From positions 4,061 to 68,060 of the forward strand of contig JASLWC010000001.1 in the NCBI GenBank assembly GCA_030741055.1: a stretch of DNA of 64,000 nt, given 5' to 3'. The notes below the pieces were generated by a model. That model saw nothing but the letters and a program-made list of their open reading frames with translations. It did not search any database and had not been told where the DNA came from. The position numbers were made by a program, and so were the translations under genes. Positions within the stretch are counted from its first letter, which is position 1; every line of letters starts with the position of its first letter. The stretch is from Prochlorococcaceae cyanobacterium ETNP18_MAG_14. Its GTDB lineage: Bacteria > Cyanobacteriota > Cyanobacteriia > PCC-6307 > Cyanobiaceae. Of the stretch, positions 10,211 through 19,716 are shown piece by piece.

Positions 10211-12196
10211 TCAATCAAAGTGATAGCTTGCGGAAGGGATCAAACGCCAGCTTCCATCTCCCACAAGTTGCAGCACGGAGTCGTGGAATTCGATCAGAGT
10301 AGGACGGTGACCGACACTGATGACAGAAAGATCACGATCCTTTAGAAGCTTATAGAGATGCTTTTCGATCTTGACATCCAAAGCACTTGTCGCTTCATCA
10401 AGGACAACAAAGCGGGGCGCATTTAAAAGTAAACGTCCAAATGCCAAGCGCTGCTGTTCTCCCAAGGAAAGAATCCGTGGCCAATCTTGCTTGACATCAA
10501 GATTTGGATAACGCTCCAATATCTGATCAAGTTTGACTTCCTCCAAGACTGCTTTCAGTTGATCATCATTGAAACGATCTTCATCAGCAGGGTAACAAAG
10601 CTGCTCACGAAGGGAACCTAAAATCATATAAGGCTTCTGAGGAATAAATAACAAATCCCCTGAGGCCGGTCTTTCAACATTGCCTTTACGAGGATTCCAA
10701 AGTCCACTGATCATGCGAAGCAATGAGGTCTTACCACAACCTGATGGACCAACAACAAGAAGCTTGTCTGATTCCTCAATATTCATGCTCAGGTCATGAA
10801 TAATCGGCTGATTTCCATTAGGGGCATATAAATCAGCGTGCTGAATCAAGATAGAATTACCATTTAGCAAAGCCTGTGGATCAATAACGGCAGACTCACT
10901 ACTAATCTTCTCAACCTTCGACTGAAAACCTTCTAAACGACTAACACCAGCCGTAAACTGTGCAAGCTCATCAATTCGATTGACGACAAAAAATAACGAA
11001 CCCTCAACCATATTAAAAGCAAACCCTGCTTGAACGAAACTGCCATAATCAATCTCGCCCGCAAAGTATGGGACTGCCATAATCACATATGGGAAGAAAA
11101 CTCCTGCATAATTTGATGAACGCTGCATGGCGCTAATTATCACTTGCCAAATAATCAGCAGGTTGAAGTTCTTCACCACAGACCCAAGTCTTCTTTGCGT
11201 CTCTTCCTTCTCAGACGCTTCACCTGAATAGAAGGCGATCGACTCTGCATTGTTGCGAATATGCACTAGCCCATATCTAAAGTCAGCCTCAAATCTCAAC
11301 TGATCAAAGTTAATCTTAACTAGTTTTCTGCCGGCTACAACCAAGACAGCAGTCGCGAAGGAAGCGTATCCAAATAGAGAGAGTGTTAGCGTCGTGCTGA
11401 TACTCCAAAGAATAAGTATATTGAGAGAGAAAGTAAGCAATGCATCGAATACACCAAGAGTGAATTGAAGACTCTGTGATGTAAATGAACGTGTGTCATC
11501 CGTAATGCGTTGATCAGGGTTGTCAATATCCGTAGCCTGTTCATCATTAGGGTTTAGAACGTAATAAGCGCGATTGCTCATGAAGTCCGAAATTAGACTT
11601 CGCGAAAGCCAGTCTCGCCATATGATCCCAAGCTTCAATGTAAAAAATATCTGCGAAACTCTTATCGGAAGTGCGACCACAAAGCAGCATGCATAAATAA
11701 TTAAAATCCGGTAAAAACCGCTTTCCTCCCTTTCAACAAGAGCATTGGTGAGATCCCTAGCGATAAATCCAATGCCGGCGTTAATCCCATTAACGGCTAA
11801 TAGCATCAGAACAATTACGGAAAGCATCAGCCAATGCAGCCAGCGTTTATGACGCAACTGCTGTCGCATGGCAAAGAAACTGCCAGCCCCAATAACGAAC
11901 AAACCAGAGAATGCCCAACCCCACCAACTCGACCAGATCATCTCGATCGTGCCGGCAACGCCTCCGAAATAGTTCTCAGTCAGAGCAGGCTGAAGTCGTT
12001 CAAAGGCCGTAATCAGCCCTGTTAGCGCAACGAGTACAAGCCCACCAACACAAAAAACCAGTGAGATCAGAAGCCAAATGAATTGCCATCCTTTGGCTTG
12101 ATCAAGCGGCAGAAAAAAAGGCTGAGCCAGCCTCTGAAACTTGGCGAGCTGATTAGGAAGCCCCTGAAAAGGATCCTTCCTGGTGGTGGTTGTCAT
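10211..12196 (-). CDS. ABC transporter, fused permease/ATPase (SbmA/BacA/ABCD-like)
   Basis: DNPDQRI, EADFRYGL and ESIAFY motifs; Walker A GPSGCGKT; LSLGEQQR; LDEATS. Confidence 0.9.
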   Translation of the reverse strand: MTTTTRKDPFQGLPNQLAKFQRLAQPFFLPLDQAKGWQFIWLLISLVFCVGGLVLVALTGLITAFERLQPALTENYFGGVAGTIEMIWSSWWGWAFSGLFVIGAGSFFAMRQQLRHKRWLHWLMLSVIVLMLLAVNGINAGIGFIARDLTNALVEREESGFYRILIIYACCFVVALPIRVSQIFFTLKLGIIWRDWLSRSLISDFMSNRAYYVLNPNDEQATDIDNPDQRITDDTRSFTSQSLQFTLGVFDALLTFSLNILILWSISTTLTLSLFGYASFATAVLVVAGRKLVKINFDQLRFEADFRYGLVHIRNNAESIAFYSGEASEKEETQRRLGSVVKNFNLLIIWQVIISAMQRSSNYAGVFFPYVIMAVPYFAGEIDYGSFVQAGFAFNMVEGSLFFVVNRIDELAQFTAGVSRLEGFQSKVEKISSESAVIDPQALLNGNSILIQHADLYAPNGNQPIIHDLSMNIEESDKLLVVGPSGCGKTSLLRMISGLWNPRKGNVERPASGDLLFIPQKPYMILGSLREQLCYPADEDRFNDDQLKAVLEEVKLDQILERYPNLDVKQDWPRILSLGEQQRLAFGRLLLNAPRFVVLDEATSALDVKIEKHLYKLLKDRDLSVISVGHRPTLIEFHDSVLQLVGDGSWRLIPSASYHFD

Positions 12197-12221
12197 AGCG
12201 CCATTCTTGCCAGTTCTAGCC

Positions 12222-12563
12222 TCAACCGGGAGGCCAGGCTTGCGGACGCCCACCAATCAAATGAACATGAAGATGGAAAACGGTTTGACCGGCCTCAGCC
12301 CCAGTATTGATAACGGTACGGAAGTCATCAAGGCCTTCCTGCTTTGCCACTCTGGCTGCTACTAGCAGCAAATGCCCCAGCAATTCTGCGTTCTCTTCTT
12401 CCGCGGAGCGAAGGCTTTCCAGCGGTTTACGGGGGATCACCAGCACATGAACCGGTGCCTGAGGTTGAATATCGCGAAAGGCTAGGCAGTGCTGATCGCT
12501 ATAGACCTCATCACAGGGAATCTCACCGCGAAGCATCCGGCCAAAAATGGTGTCATTAGCCAT
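12222..12563 (-). CDS. Histidine triad (HIT) nucleotide-binding protein
   Basis: MANDTIFGRML...AGQTVFHLHVHLIGG. Confidence 0.95.
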   Translation of the reverse strand: MANDTIFGRMLRGEIPCDEVYSDQHCLAFRDIQPQAPVHVLVIPRKPLESLRSAEEENAELLGHLLLVAARVAKQEGLDDFRTVINTGAEAGQTVFHLHVHLIGGRPQAWPPG

Positions 12564-12625
12564 TGAGTGAAAGCTTTGGAATGGGACGGCTGGGGCATGT
12601 AATCCATGCACCGTCTTGATTACAA

Positions 12626-14173
12626 ATGCTGGCACGTTGCCTGAGTGGTTCTCTTCATGGCATTGAGGCACTAGCCGTCACCGTGGAAGTGGATCTGGTC
12701 CCCGGGTTGCCGGGGCTACAACTGGTGGGATTGGCCGATGCAGCCATCCAGGAGTCCCGTGAGCGAGTCCGCTCAGCTCTTCGCAACAGTGGGTTTCGCG
12801 GGCCACTAGTGCGAGTAGTGGTGAACCTTGCCCCTGCTGATCTGCGCAAAGAGGGGCCTGCCTTTGACCTGCCTATCGCCCTTGCCTTATTGGCAGCCAG
12901 TGGTCAGTTGGATAGTCCCTTGCTTGCGAATCTTTGGTGCGCTGGGGAACTCGGACTGGATGGGGCTCTCCGTCCTTGTAGAGGTGTATTGGCTATAGCC
13001 AACTTGGCCGCTGCACAGAATGCCCGTGCGTTGGTGGTGCCATCAGCTAATGCTGCAGAAGCAAGTCTTGTTCCTGGACTGACAGTTCGAGCCGCTAATT
13101 CCCTAAGCGACGTAGTGGATCTATTGCGCCAACCTCAACCACTAGCGCCTCAACACATCTCCAAAGCTACTGCTATTGCAAATAACGCTCGCAAACCAAA
13201 AGATCAACCTCATCCGCTGCTTGGTTGTGCCATGGGGCATAAAGCCCTTGCCTTAGCGGCTGCTGGGGGACATCACATGTTGATGGTGGGTCCGCCTGGT
13301 TGTGGGAAAACCCTTTTGGCGAAGCATTTGCCGTATCTGTTACCGCCGCTCACTCGTCAAGAGGCTTTGGAAATCACCAGTATTTACTCTGTGGCAGGAA
13401 TGCTGACGAGCACTCCTCAGCTGATGAAAAATCGCCCCTTCCGTGCTCCCCATCACAGTTGTTCGGTCGCGGCGTTAGTAGGAGGCGGTGCAAACCCAAG
13501 GCCAGGAGAACTCAGCCTTGCCCATGGTGGGGTGTTGTTTCTTGACGAACTGGCTGAATTCCCCCGCAAAGTTCTAGACCAACTTCGACAACCGTTAGAG
13601 GAAGGAGTAATTCTGTTGAGTCGAGCTCGGCAGAAATGCGCCTTCCCGTGTCAGATCACTCTTGTGGCGGCAACCAATCCCTGCCCATGCGGCAGGTTTG
13701 GCGATGATGAACACCCTTGTCGCTGTAGTCAGGCTCAACGGCAGCGGTATTGGAGCCATCTTTCTGGTCCCTTCTTGGATCGTCTGGATTTACAGCTGCG
13801 CTTAGTGCGATTGCCCGCAGCTCAATTACGCCAATCAATTCAAGGTTTAGTTCCCATTGATCGAAATGATCAAGAGTTAATAGGCTTTGAGCAGATTATC
13901 TGTGCCCGTAAGCGGATGCTTGCACGTAATCCTGGTGGACAGAGCAATCGTGACCTCTCGGCCCAGGATTTAGGCAGAATTGGCCAGTTGGACGAAGAGG
14001 CTCTCGCACTCTGGGAGCAAGTTGTGGATTGCCGCAGGCTCAGTGCTCGCAGTGGTCTAAGACTTCTTAGAGTCGCCAGGTCTCTGGCAGATCTTCATGA
14101 TCAAGACAGAGTAAGCAAAGTTGCTATGGCGGAGGCAATTTGTTTTCGCAGCTTTGATAGCAGCGAATACTGA
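12626..14173 (+). CDS. comM: YifB/ComM Mg-chelatase-like AAA ATPase
   Basis: ESRERVRSA, NLAPADLRKEG, GPPGCGKT, PFRAPHHS, NPCPCG. Confidence 0.93.
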   Translation: MLARCLSGSLHGIEALAVTVEVDLVPGLPGLQLVGLADAAIQESRERVRSALRNSGFRGPLVRVVVNLAPADLRKEGPAFDLPIALALLAASGQLDSPLLANLWCAGELGLDGALRPCRGVLAIANLAAAQNARALVVPSANAAEASLVPGLTVRAANSLSDVVDLLRQPQPLAPQHISKATAIANNARKPKDQPHPLLGCAMGHKALALAAAGGHHMLMVGPPGCGKTLLAKHLPYLLPPLTRQEALEITSIYSVAGMLTSTPQLMKNRPFRAPHHSCSVAALVGGGANPRPGELSLAHGGVLFLDELAEFPRKVLDQLRQPLEEGVILLSRARQKCAFPCQITLVAATNPCPCGRFGDDEHPCRCSQAQRQRYWSHLSGPFLDRLDLQLRLVRLPAAQLRQSIQGLVPIDRNDQELIGFEQIICARKRMLARNPGGQSNRDLSAQDLGRIGQLDEEALALWEQVVDCRRLSARSGLRLLRVARSLADLHDQDRVSKVAMAEAICFRSFDSSEY

Positions 14174-14212
14174 ATTGGTTCTTCCCAAAACGGCCAAAAG
14201 CCAAGGCGTTCC

Positions 14213-14362
14213 TCAGAGCTTAGAAATTACCCTTTTGAGGGTTTTTCCGATAGGGCTGAGTTCCAAGCGGCGGCGGCTGATGCTTTTCTTCGCTGGGATT
14301 ACCAGGGTGTATTCAAGGGCTTGAACAAGCCAGTTTGGGATGCCATGCAAGCTAATTGCCAT
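14213..14362 (-). CDS. Putative small basic protein (49 aa)
   Basis: ATG ORF MAISLHGIPNWLVQALEYTLVIPAKKSISRRRLELSPIGKTLKRVISKL filling the gap downstream of rpsU. Confidence 0.45.
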   Translation of the reverse strand: MAISLHGIPNWLVQALEYTLVIPAKKSISRRRLELSPIGKTLKRVISKL

Positions 14363-14507
14363 GGAGAGATCCGTATCTATTTGCTTTTAGCTTGCTCCTG
14401 CTCCTGCCCCTGCATCCGGCGATGAGTAATTTCACTGCCTAAAACCACTATCTAAACAACTCCTAAGAGAATCATTTGGTGTCACAGTTTTAAGAGCGTT
14501 GCTGAGC

Positions 14508-14678
14508 TCAGCGGCGGCGGCGGCGTTGCTGGGCCTTGCGCTTGTATTTCTCTACAGGCGTCTCATGATGACGGAGGCGCTTTAGATCAGCGAAGATTCC
14601 GGCCTTTGAGACCTGCCGCTTAAAACGGCGCAGGGCGGATTCGATGCCCTCATTTTCTCCGACCGTGACCTGAGTCAT
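14508..14678 (-). CDS. rpsU: 30S ribosomal protein S21 (56 aa, below ORF-track cutoff)
   Basis: [56 protein letters not shown]. Confidence 0.97.
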   Translation of the reverse strand: MTQVTVGENEGIESALRRFKRQVSKAGIFADLKRLRHHETPVEKYKRKAQQRRRRR

Positions 14679-14726
14679 TCAGCAGGCAAATTTATCAAGG
14701 CCAGCAGACTAGCAAGATGACCTCGC

Positions 14727-15512
14727 TTAAGGATTGCCAGGCGCACCGCTTGCTTCTTGAGCAGTTGTCTTTTCAGGAGCTGTTTGTTCGGCGCTTTGCT
14801 CTTGAGCAGTTGTCTTTTCAGGAGTTGTTTGTTCGGCGCTTTGCTCTTGAGCAGTTGTCTTTTCAGGAGTTGTTTGTTCGGCGCTTTGCTCTTGAGCAGT
14901 TGTCTTTTCGGCAGTTGGCTCCTCAGCAACCTGTTCGGAGCTAACAGGCCAAGTTTCCCTGAATACATAGAGGTGCCCCAGAGTGCGTTGGCCGTACTGC
15001 CGACGCATCAATTGCCAGCCAGGTTCAAATAACAAATGCAAGAAATGACTGTCAGAGGAAGCAGCCCCCCCTGCCCTGGCTACTACCAGTGTTGGATTTG
15101 AGCTGTCCTTCGTGGGGATAGCAAGCAAATGCATATCCCCATCAGTTTTCACCACACTCAATCGGTAATGAGTGCCATGGTCATCGCCTCCAATTCGCAG
15201 CGAATAACCATTGCCGTCGATGTACCGATTACAAATCCCGGTGAAGTCAAACCTCGCAAGCAGAGGATCAACAACAGCTGGCGAGCTTCCTTCAACTGCA
15301 AAACAGGCCCGTTTGCTACTGCGCTGCTCGTAGATATTCAACTGCGACCTTGCACCATTGCCAATCGGGGCACCTACGACAATGAATTTGCTCTGTTCAA
15401 CTGGGGCAGCTGTAAATAGAGATCCCTGTGCTTGAGCAGATGACGACCAACCATTTATGGCTGTTGTCCCAAGCAGGGCTATGGCAACAGCGAAGGAGAA
15501 TGAGTGAGCCAT
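14727..15512 (-). CDS. DUF3747 exported protein with repetitive C-terminal tail
   Basis: Signal peptide; VDPLLARFDFTGICNRYIDGNGYSLR motif; ATG at 15512 preferred. Confidence 0.85.
   Translation of the reverse strand: MAHSFSFAVAIALLGTTAINGWSSSAQAQGSLFTAAPVEQSKFIVVGAPIGNGARSQLNIYEQRSSKRACFAVEGSSPAVVDPLLARFDFTGICNRYIDGNGYSLRIGGDDHGTHYRLSVVKTDGDMHLLAIPTKDSSNPTLVVARAGGAASSDSHFLHLLFEPGWQLMRRQYGQRTLGHLYVFRETWPVSSEQVAEEPTAEKTTAQEQSAEQTTPEKTTAQEQSAEQTTPEKTTAQEQSAEQTAPEKTTAQEASGAPGNP
14756..14909. repeat. 45-bp tandem repeat, about 3.4 near-identical copies
   Basis: Unit cttgagcagttgtcttttcaggagttgtttgttcggcgctttgct at 14756, 14801, 14846 and partial 14891; encodes EKTTAQEQSAEQTTP. Confidence 0.95.
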
Positions 15513-15777
15513 CAAGGCCTGGCAGGTTCTTAGCGGATCGTATAAGTCTGTCGAGCAATCGGCTCCCCCTATCAGGCCGGTTTGTTGAGTCGAATCACTA
15601 CAAAAAATGATCCAACGCGGCTCAAGCTGCAAAAACCAGGAGCTTGCAGAGCATTTTTATTGCCAAGATTTTTTCTGGAATGGCTTTAGATCAATTCAAG
15701 AACGGAATCGCTAGCAACGATTTATGCACAAAAGAAGCTGTTAGGGGAAGTCTCGAGAGAGTGTTTACCTTCCTTTT

Positions 15778-16383
15778 TCAACTAAGCGAACGCACATCAG
15801 AACGCTCGAAGCCGTGCTCCTTTAATTCAAGGTTGAGTTCATTTTCATCCGTGACCCGATCAACAAAAAGAATTCCTTCCAGGTGATCCATTTCATGCTG
15901 GATGCATCGAGCTAAGAGGCCATCGGCCTTCATCTTTCGCGGTCGTCCCATCTCATCGCGAAAACTGAGAATGATTGCCGATGGCCGCACCACATTGAGG
16001 TAAACGCCGGGGATGCTCAGGCAACCTTCCTCGTAGGTTTCGACGCTGGCACTGCAGCTGATGATTTCGGGATTGATAAACACCAGTGGTGGTGTAGTTG
16101 GGTTTTCTAGATCAAGATCAAGCACTAAAAGTTGTTTATGAACTCCCACCTGCGGAGCCGCCAGACCAATACCCCGGGCTGCATACATGCTGCGGAGCAT
16201 GTCCCTCGTCAATTCTCTTACCGAATCATCAACCTTGCCAATCCTGCGGGTGGATTGCCGCAAAGCTCCATTGCCCAGGCTATGGATTTCAAGGGGTGGA
16301 GTCTCAAGTGGCTCTTTCGACACGGCGATAGAGCCCTTGCCTTTTTCGGCCGTGCGTGCCAGCTGAGCGAAGCTTCGAGCCAA
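15778..16383 (-). CDS. def: Peptide deformylase
   Basis: GIGLAAPQVG, EGCLS and QHEMDHL motifs. Confidence 0.97.
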   Translation of the reverse strand: MARSFAQLARTAEKGKGSIAVSKEPLETPPLEIHSLGNGALRQSTRRIGKVDDSVRELTRDMLRSMYAARGIGLAAPQVGVHKQLLVLDLDLENPTTPPLVFINPEIISCSASVETYEEGCLSIPGVYLNVVRPSAIILSFRDEMGRPRKMKADGLLARCIQHEMDHLEGILFVDRVTDENELNLELKEHGFERSDVRSLS

Positions 16384-16449
16384 AGAACAGTTTCAGCATC
16401 AGTTGATTGAGTTTAGGCAAATCCAACGAACACCTAACCCCAAACCGTC

Positions 16450-18408
16450 ATGTACAGCAAAAGCCATAACCAACAAAACTCCAGCAAACCCGTTCAACAT
16501 CTCTCGGCTGAGTGTGCGTTGGGAAGAACTCCCAGCCTCAAGGAACCGCGCCTGATTGGTGATTGGGTGCTTTGGTTGGAGCAACGTCCCCAGGAGCGAG
16601 GTCGCACTACTGCCCTTATTCGCCCATGGGGTCAATTCGACTGCCCTGCCCAGGAGTTGACGCCTGCTCCAGTCAATTTGCGTACCCGTGTTCACGATTA
16701 CGGAGGGGGAGTAGTTGCTACGGCCTTTGAGGACAATCAGCTGCTGTTGGCTTGGATCGATGCAAACGATGGCGGCCTTTGGTTCCAACGTTGGCAGGGT
16801 TTCGACCAAGTCTCAACAACCGGGAAGGCTTTGACTGCGATCAATCCTCCGATTCGACTCTCCTGCTTAGACGATGCTCAGCTTGCCGATGGCCTGATTG
16901 ACCTGCAGCGACAACGTTGGCTCGGCGTTATGGAAGTAGAAGAACAGGACTGGTTGGTGACCTTCTCGCTCAACCATGAGAACCAGCCTGCCAAGGTGTT
17001 ACATCGTCCTGCAGATTTTGCTGGTTACGCCACCCTTAGCCCCGATGGAAGTCAATTGGCTTGGGTGGAATGGCAACAGCCGGCGATGCCTTGGGAGGCC
17101 AGCCAGCTCTGGTGGGCCTCCCTTGATTCAGCCGGTTTGATTGCAAATTCGTCTTGCCTGGCTGGCAGCAGGCCACTGGATGACAAGCAAATATCCGTTT
17201 TTCAGCCTTTTTGGCTACCTAACGGAGAGCTAGTAGTCAGTGAAGACAGCAGTGGCTGGTGGAATTTGATGCTGACAGATCTGGCTGTTGAATCAGTCAC
17301 TCCAACCTCTTGGCGACACCCTTGGCCGATGGCTGCTGAAACAGGCATGCCGCAGTGGGTGTATGGCATGAGGACCAGCGCCTGGGATGGGGAACAGATC
17401 CTGACTGCTATTTGTGATCAGGGTTCCTGGCAGCTGAGCCGTCTGGCCAATGATGGACAGATCAGCAATGTGGATCAACCATTCGATGATCTATCTGGCC
17501 TGCAAGCGCAAGCAGGGAGAGCAGTAGCCATCGCTAGCAATGCCACAACTGGCCCTGGATTATTAGAACTCGACTTGAACTCTGGCTGCTGGAAGCACAC
17601 ACCAGCGAGTGAGCCTGTGCTTAGTGTTAATGAGATCAGCGTGGCGGAGCCGCTTTGGTTTGAGGGGAGCAGTAGGCAGGTCAGTCACGCTTGGTATTAC
17701 CCGCCAATCAATGGCAGTAATAGTGCTGCACCTTTGCTTGTCAAAAGCCATAGCGGTCCAACCAGTATGGCCAGCTGCGGTCTAAACCTCGGCATTCAGT
17801 TTTGGACGTCTAGGGGCTGGGGAGTTGTTGATGTGAACTACGGCGGCTCTACTGGATTTGGTCGGGCCTACCGCGAACGCCTGCGCGCTGGCTGGGGCGA
17901 GCAAGACGTAAAGGATTGCGCCGAAGCTGCACGAGCACTAGTGGACTGCGGCAAGGCGGATTCGACACGAATCGCTATTGAGGGCGGCAGTGCTGGCGGT
18001 TTTACCACCCTGGCCTGTCTTTGTTTTACCGATGTATTTCGTGTTGGGGCCTGTCGTTATGCAGTCAGTGATCTCTCCGCCATGGCTGAGGACACCCATC
18101 GATTTGAAGCGCGTTACCTGGATAGCCTGGTGGGTAGTTGGCCCGAGCAAAGACAGCTCTACGAGAACCGCTCACCTCTACTGCATGCCAACAGGATTCA
18201 ATGTCCGGTGATTTTTTTTCAGGGACTTCAAGACAAGGTGGTTCCTCCTGAACAGACTGAACGGATGGCAGCTGCTCTGCGCAGTAAAGGAATTCCAGTT
18301 GAAGTCCACATTTTTGAGCAGGAAGGCCACGGCTTTCGCGATAGTGCTGCCAAGATCAAAGTTTTAGAGGCAACCGAGCACTTCTTCCGAACCCATTTAA
18401 AGCTCTAG
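16450..18408 (+). CDS. S9 prolyl oligopeptidase/acylpeptide hydrolase family peptidase
   Basis: HSGP, GGSAGG nucleophile, QDKVV and EGHGF catalytic triad. Confidence 0.92.
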   Translation: MYSKSHNQQNSSKPVQHLSAECALGRTPSLKEPRLIGDWVLWLEQRPQERGRTTALIRPWGQFDCPAQELTPAPVNLRTRVHDYGGGVVATAFEDNQLLLAWIDANDGGLWFQRWQGFDQVSTTGKALTAINPPIRLSCLDDAQLADGLIDLQRQRWLGVMEVEEQDWLVTFSLNHENQPAKVLHRPADFAGYATLSPDGSQLAWVEWQQPAMPWEASQLWWASLDSAGLIANSSCLAGSRPLDDKQISVFQPFWLPNGELVVSEDSSGWWNLMLTDLAVESVTPTSWRHPWPMAAETGMPQWVYGMRTSAWDGEQILTAICDQGSWQLSRLANDGQISNVDQPFDDLSGLQAQAGRAVAIASNATTGPGLLELDLNSGCWKHTPASEPVLSVNEISVAEPLWFEGSSRQVSHAWYYPPINGSNSAAPLLVKSHSGPTSMASCGLNLGIQFWTSRGWGVVDVNYGGSTGFGRAYRERLRAGWGEQDVKDCAEAARALVDCGKADSTRIAIEGGSAGGFTTLACLCFTDVFRVGACRYAVSDLSAMAEDTHRFEARYLDSLVGSWPEQRQLYENRSPLLHANRIQCPVIFFQGLQDKVVPPEQTERMAAALRSKGIPVEVHIFEQEGHGFRDSAAKIKVLEATEHFFRTHLKL

Positions 18409-19709
18409 CTGTTCTGTCTCAGGAAACCAATTGTGGCAACCAGTTCTTCAGCAAAGCGATCTACTTCTTCCAGCGTGTTAGTGAAGCTCAGGCTGGCACG
18501 AGCTGAACCAGGGATCCCATAGTGACGATGCAGAGGTTGGGTGCAGTGGTGACCACTACGAATGCAGATACCTTCTGAATCAAGCAGGGCGCCAATGTCA
18601 TTGGGATGCAAGTCATCAACTGTGAAGGCTGCTAAAACAGCTCGATCAGGCTGTTGTTGAGGGCTCGGGCCGAGAACCCTCAACCCATCGATGGCTTGGA
18701 GGCGATCAAATAACTGCAGTTTGAGCTGATGCTCCCAAGCGTGGATATTGTCGAGGCCAAGCTGCTGTAAGTAGTCGATAGCTACTCCCATACCAATGGC
18801 TTCTCCTATGGCGGGGGTGCCGGCTTCGAACTTGTAGGGCAGATCAGCCCAGCTGCTGTGGTCGAGATAGACGTCTTGGATCATTTCTCCACCTCCCAGG
18901 AAGGGGGGCATAGCTTCTAGTAACTCCTCACGACCCCATAGGAATCCGATCCCGGTGGGTCCGCACAATTTGTGTGAAGAACCCACGAGGAAGTCACAGC
19001 CAAGTTGGGCCACATTTATCGGCATATGTGGCAGGCTTTGACAAGCATCGACTAATACCAGAGCACCTAAGTCATGGGCTAGTGCTGTTACCTCAGAGAT
19101 TGGGTTGAGACAACCAAGGACATTACTTAGATGCACCATGCTGACTAAACGAGTGCGTTCTGAAAGTTGGCGTTGAAAGTCGTTTAAATCAAGCTCTCCA
19201 GAATCAGTTAGGCCCACATGGCGCAATACACAGCCTGTACGGCTAGCAAGCATCTGCCAGGGGACAAGATTGCTGTGGTGCTCCATCAACGTGAGCACTA
19301 CCTCGTCACCTTCGCGGAGGTTTGCATCTCCCCAGCTGCGAGCCACCAAGTTGATTGCCTCACTTGCATTTCTGGTGAAGACGATCTCCTGGGCGCTATA
19401 GGCACTGATGAAATCTGCCACCTTCTGGCGTGCCCGCTCAAAGCCCTCGGTAGCACGAGCGCTTAATTGATGGGCGCCGCGATGCACATTGGCATTGTCA
19501 TGGTCGTAGTAGTGCAGTAATGCTTTTAATACCTGAAGGGGTTTCTGACTTGTCGCTGCATGGTCCATATAAATCAAGGGCTGCCCTAAGCAGGCGGTTT
19601 GCTCTAGCAATGGAAAATCTGCGCGTGTGAGAGCTGCCAGATTTACGGGAGTTTGTTCAGCAGTCACTGTCGAGCTCAAAGACTGTTCAGAATTGATTGA
19701 GGAGGTCAT
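18405..19709 (-). CDS. sufS: Cysteine desulfurase SufS
   Basis: DHAATSQKP, NANVHRG, SSHK (PLP lysine), RSGHHC. Confidence 0.96.
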   Translation of the reverse strand: MTSSINSEQSLSSTVTAEQTPVNLAALTRADFPLLEQTACLGQPLIYMDHAATSQKPLQVLKALLHYYDHDNANVHRGAHQLSARATEGFERARQKVADFISAYSAQEIVFTRNASEAINLVARSWGDANLREGDEVVLTLMEHHSNLVPWQMLASRTGCVLRHVGLTDSGELDLNDFQRQLSERTRLVSMVHLSNVLGCLNPISEVTALAHDLGALVLVDACQSLPHMPINVAQLGCDFLVGSSHKLCGPTGIGFLWGREELLEAMPPFLGGGEMIQDVYLDHSSWADLPYKFEAGTPAIGEAIGMGVAIDYLQQLGLDNIHAWEHQLKLQLFDRLQAIDGLRVLGPSPQQQPDRAVLAAFTVDDLHPNDIGALLDSEGICIRSGHHCTQPLHRHYGIPGSARASLSFTNTLEEVDRFAEELVATIGFLRQNS

Positions 19710-19716
19710 GATTGGC

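Noticed and set aside
14756-14909. Repeat array as a CRISPR
   Set aside because: Units are contiguous with no unique spacers, lie in frame in a gene, and no cas genes are present
14675-15032. Alternative-frame repetitive ORFs (14675-14968, 14717-14944, 14757-15032)
   Set aside because: By-products of the 45-bp repeat inside DUF3747
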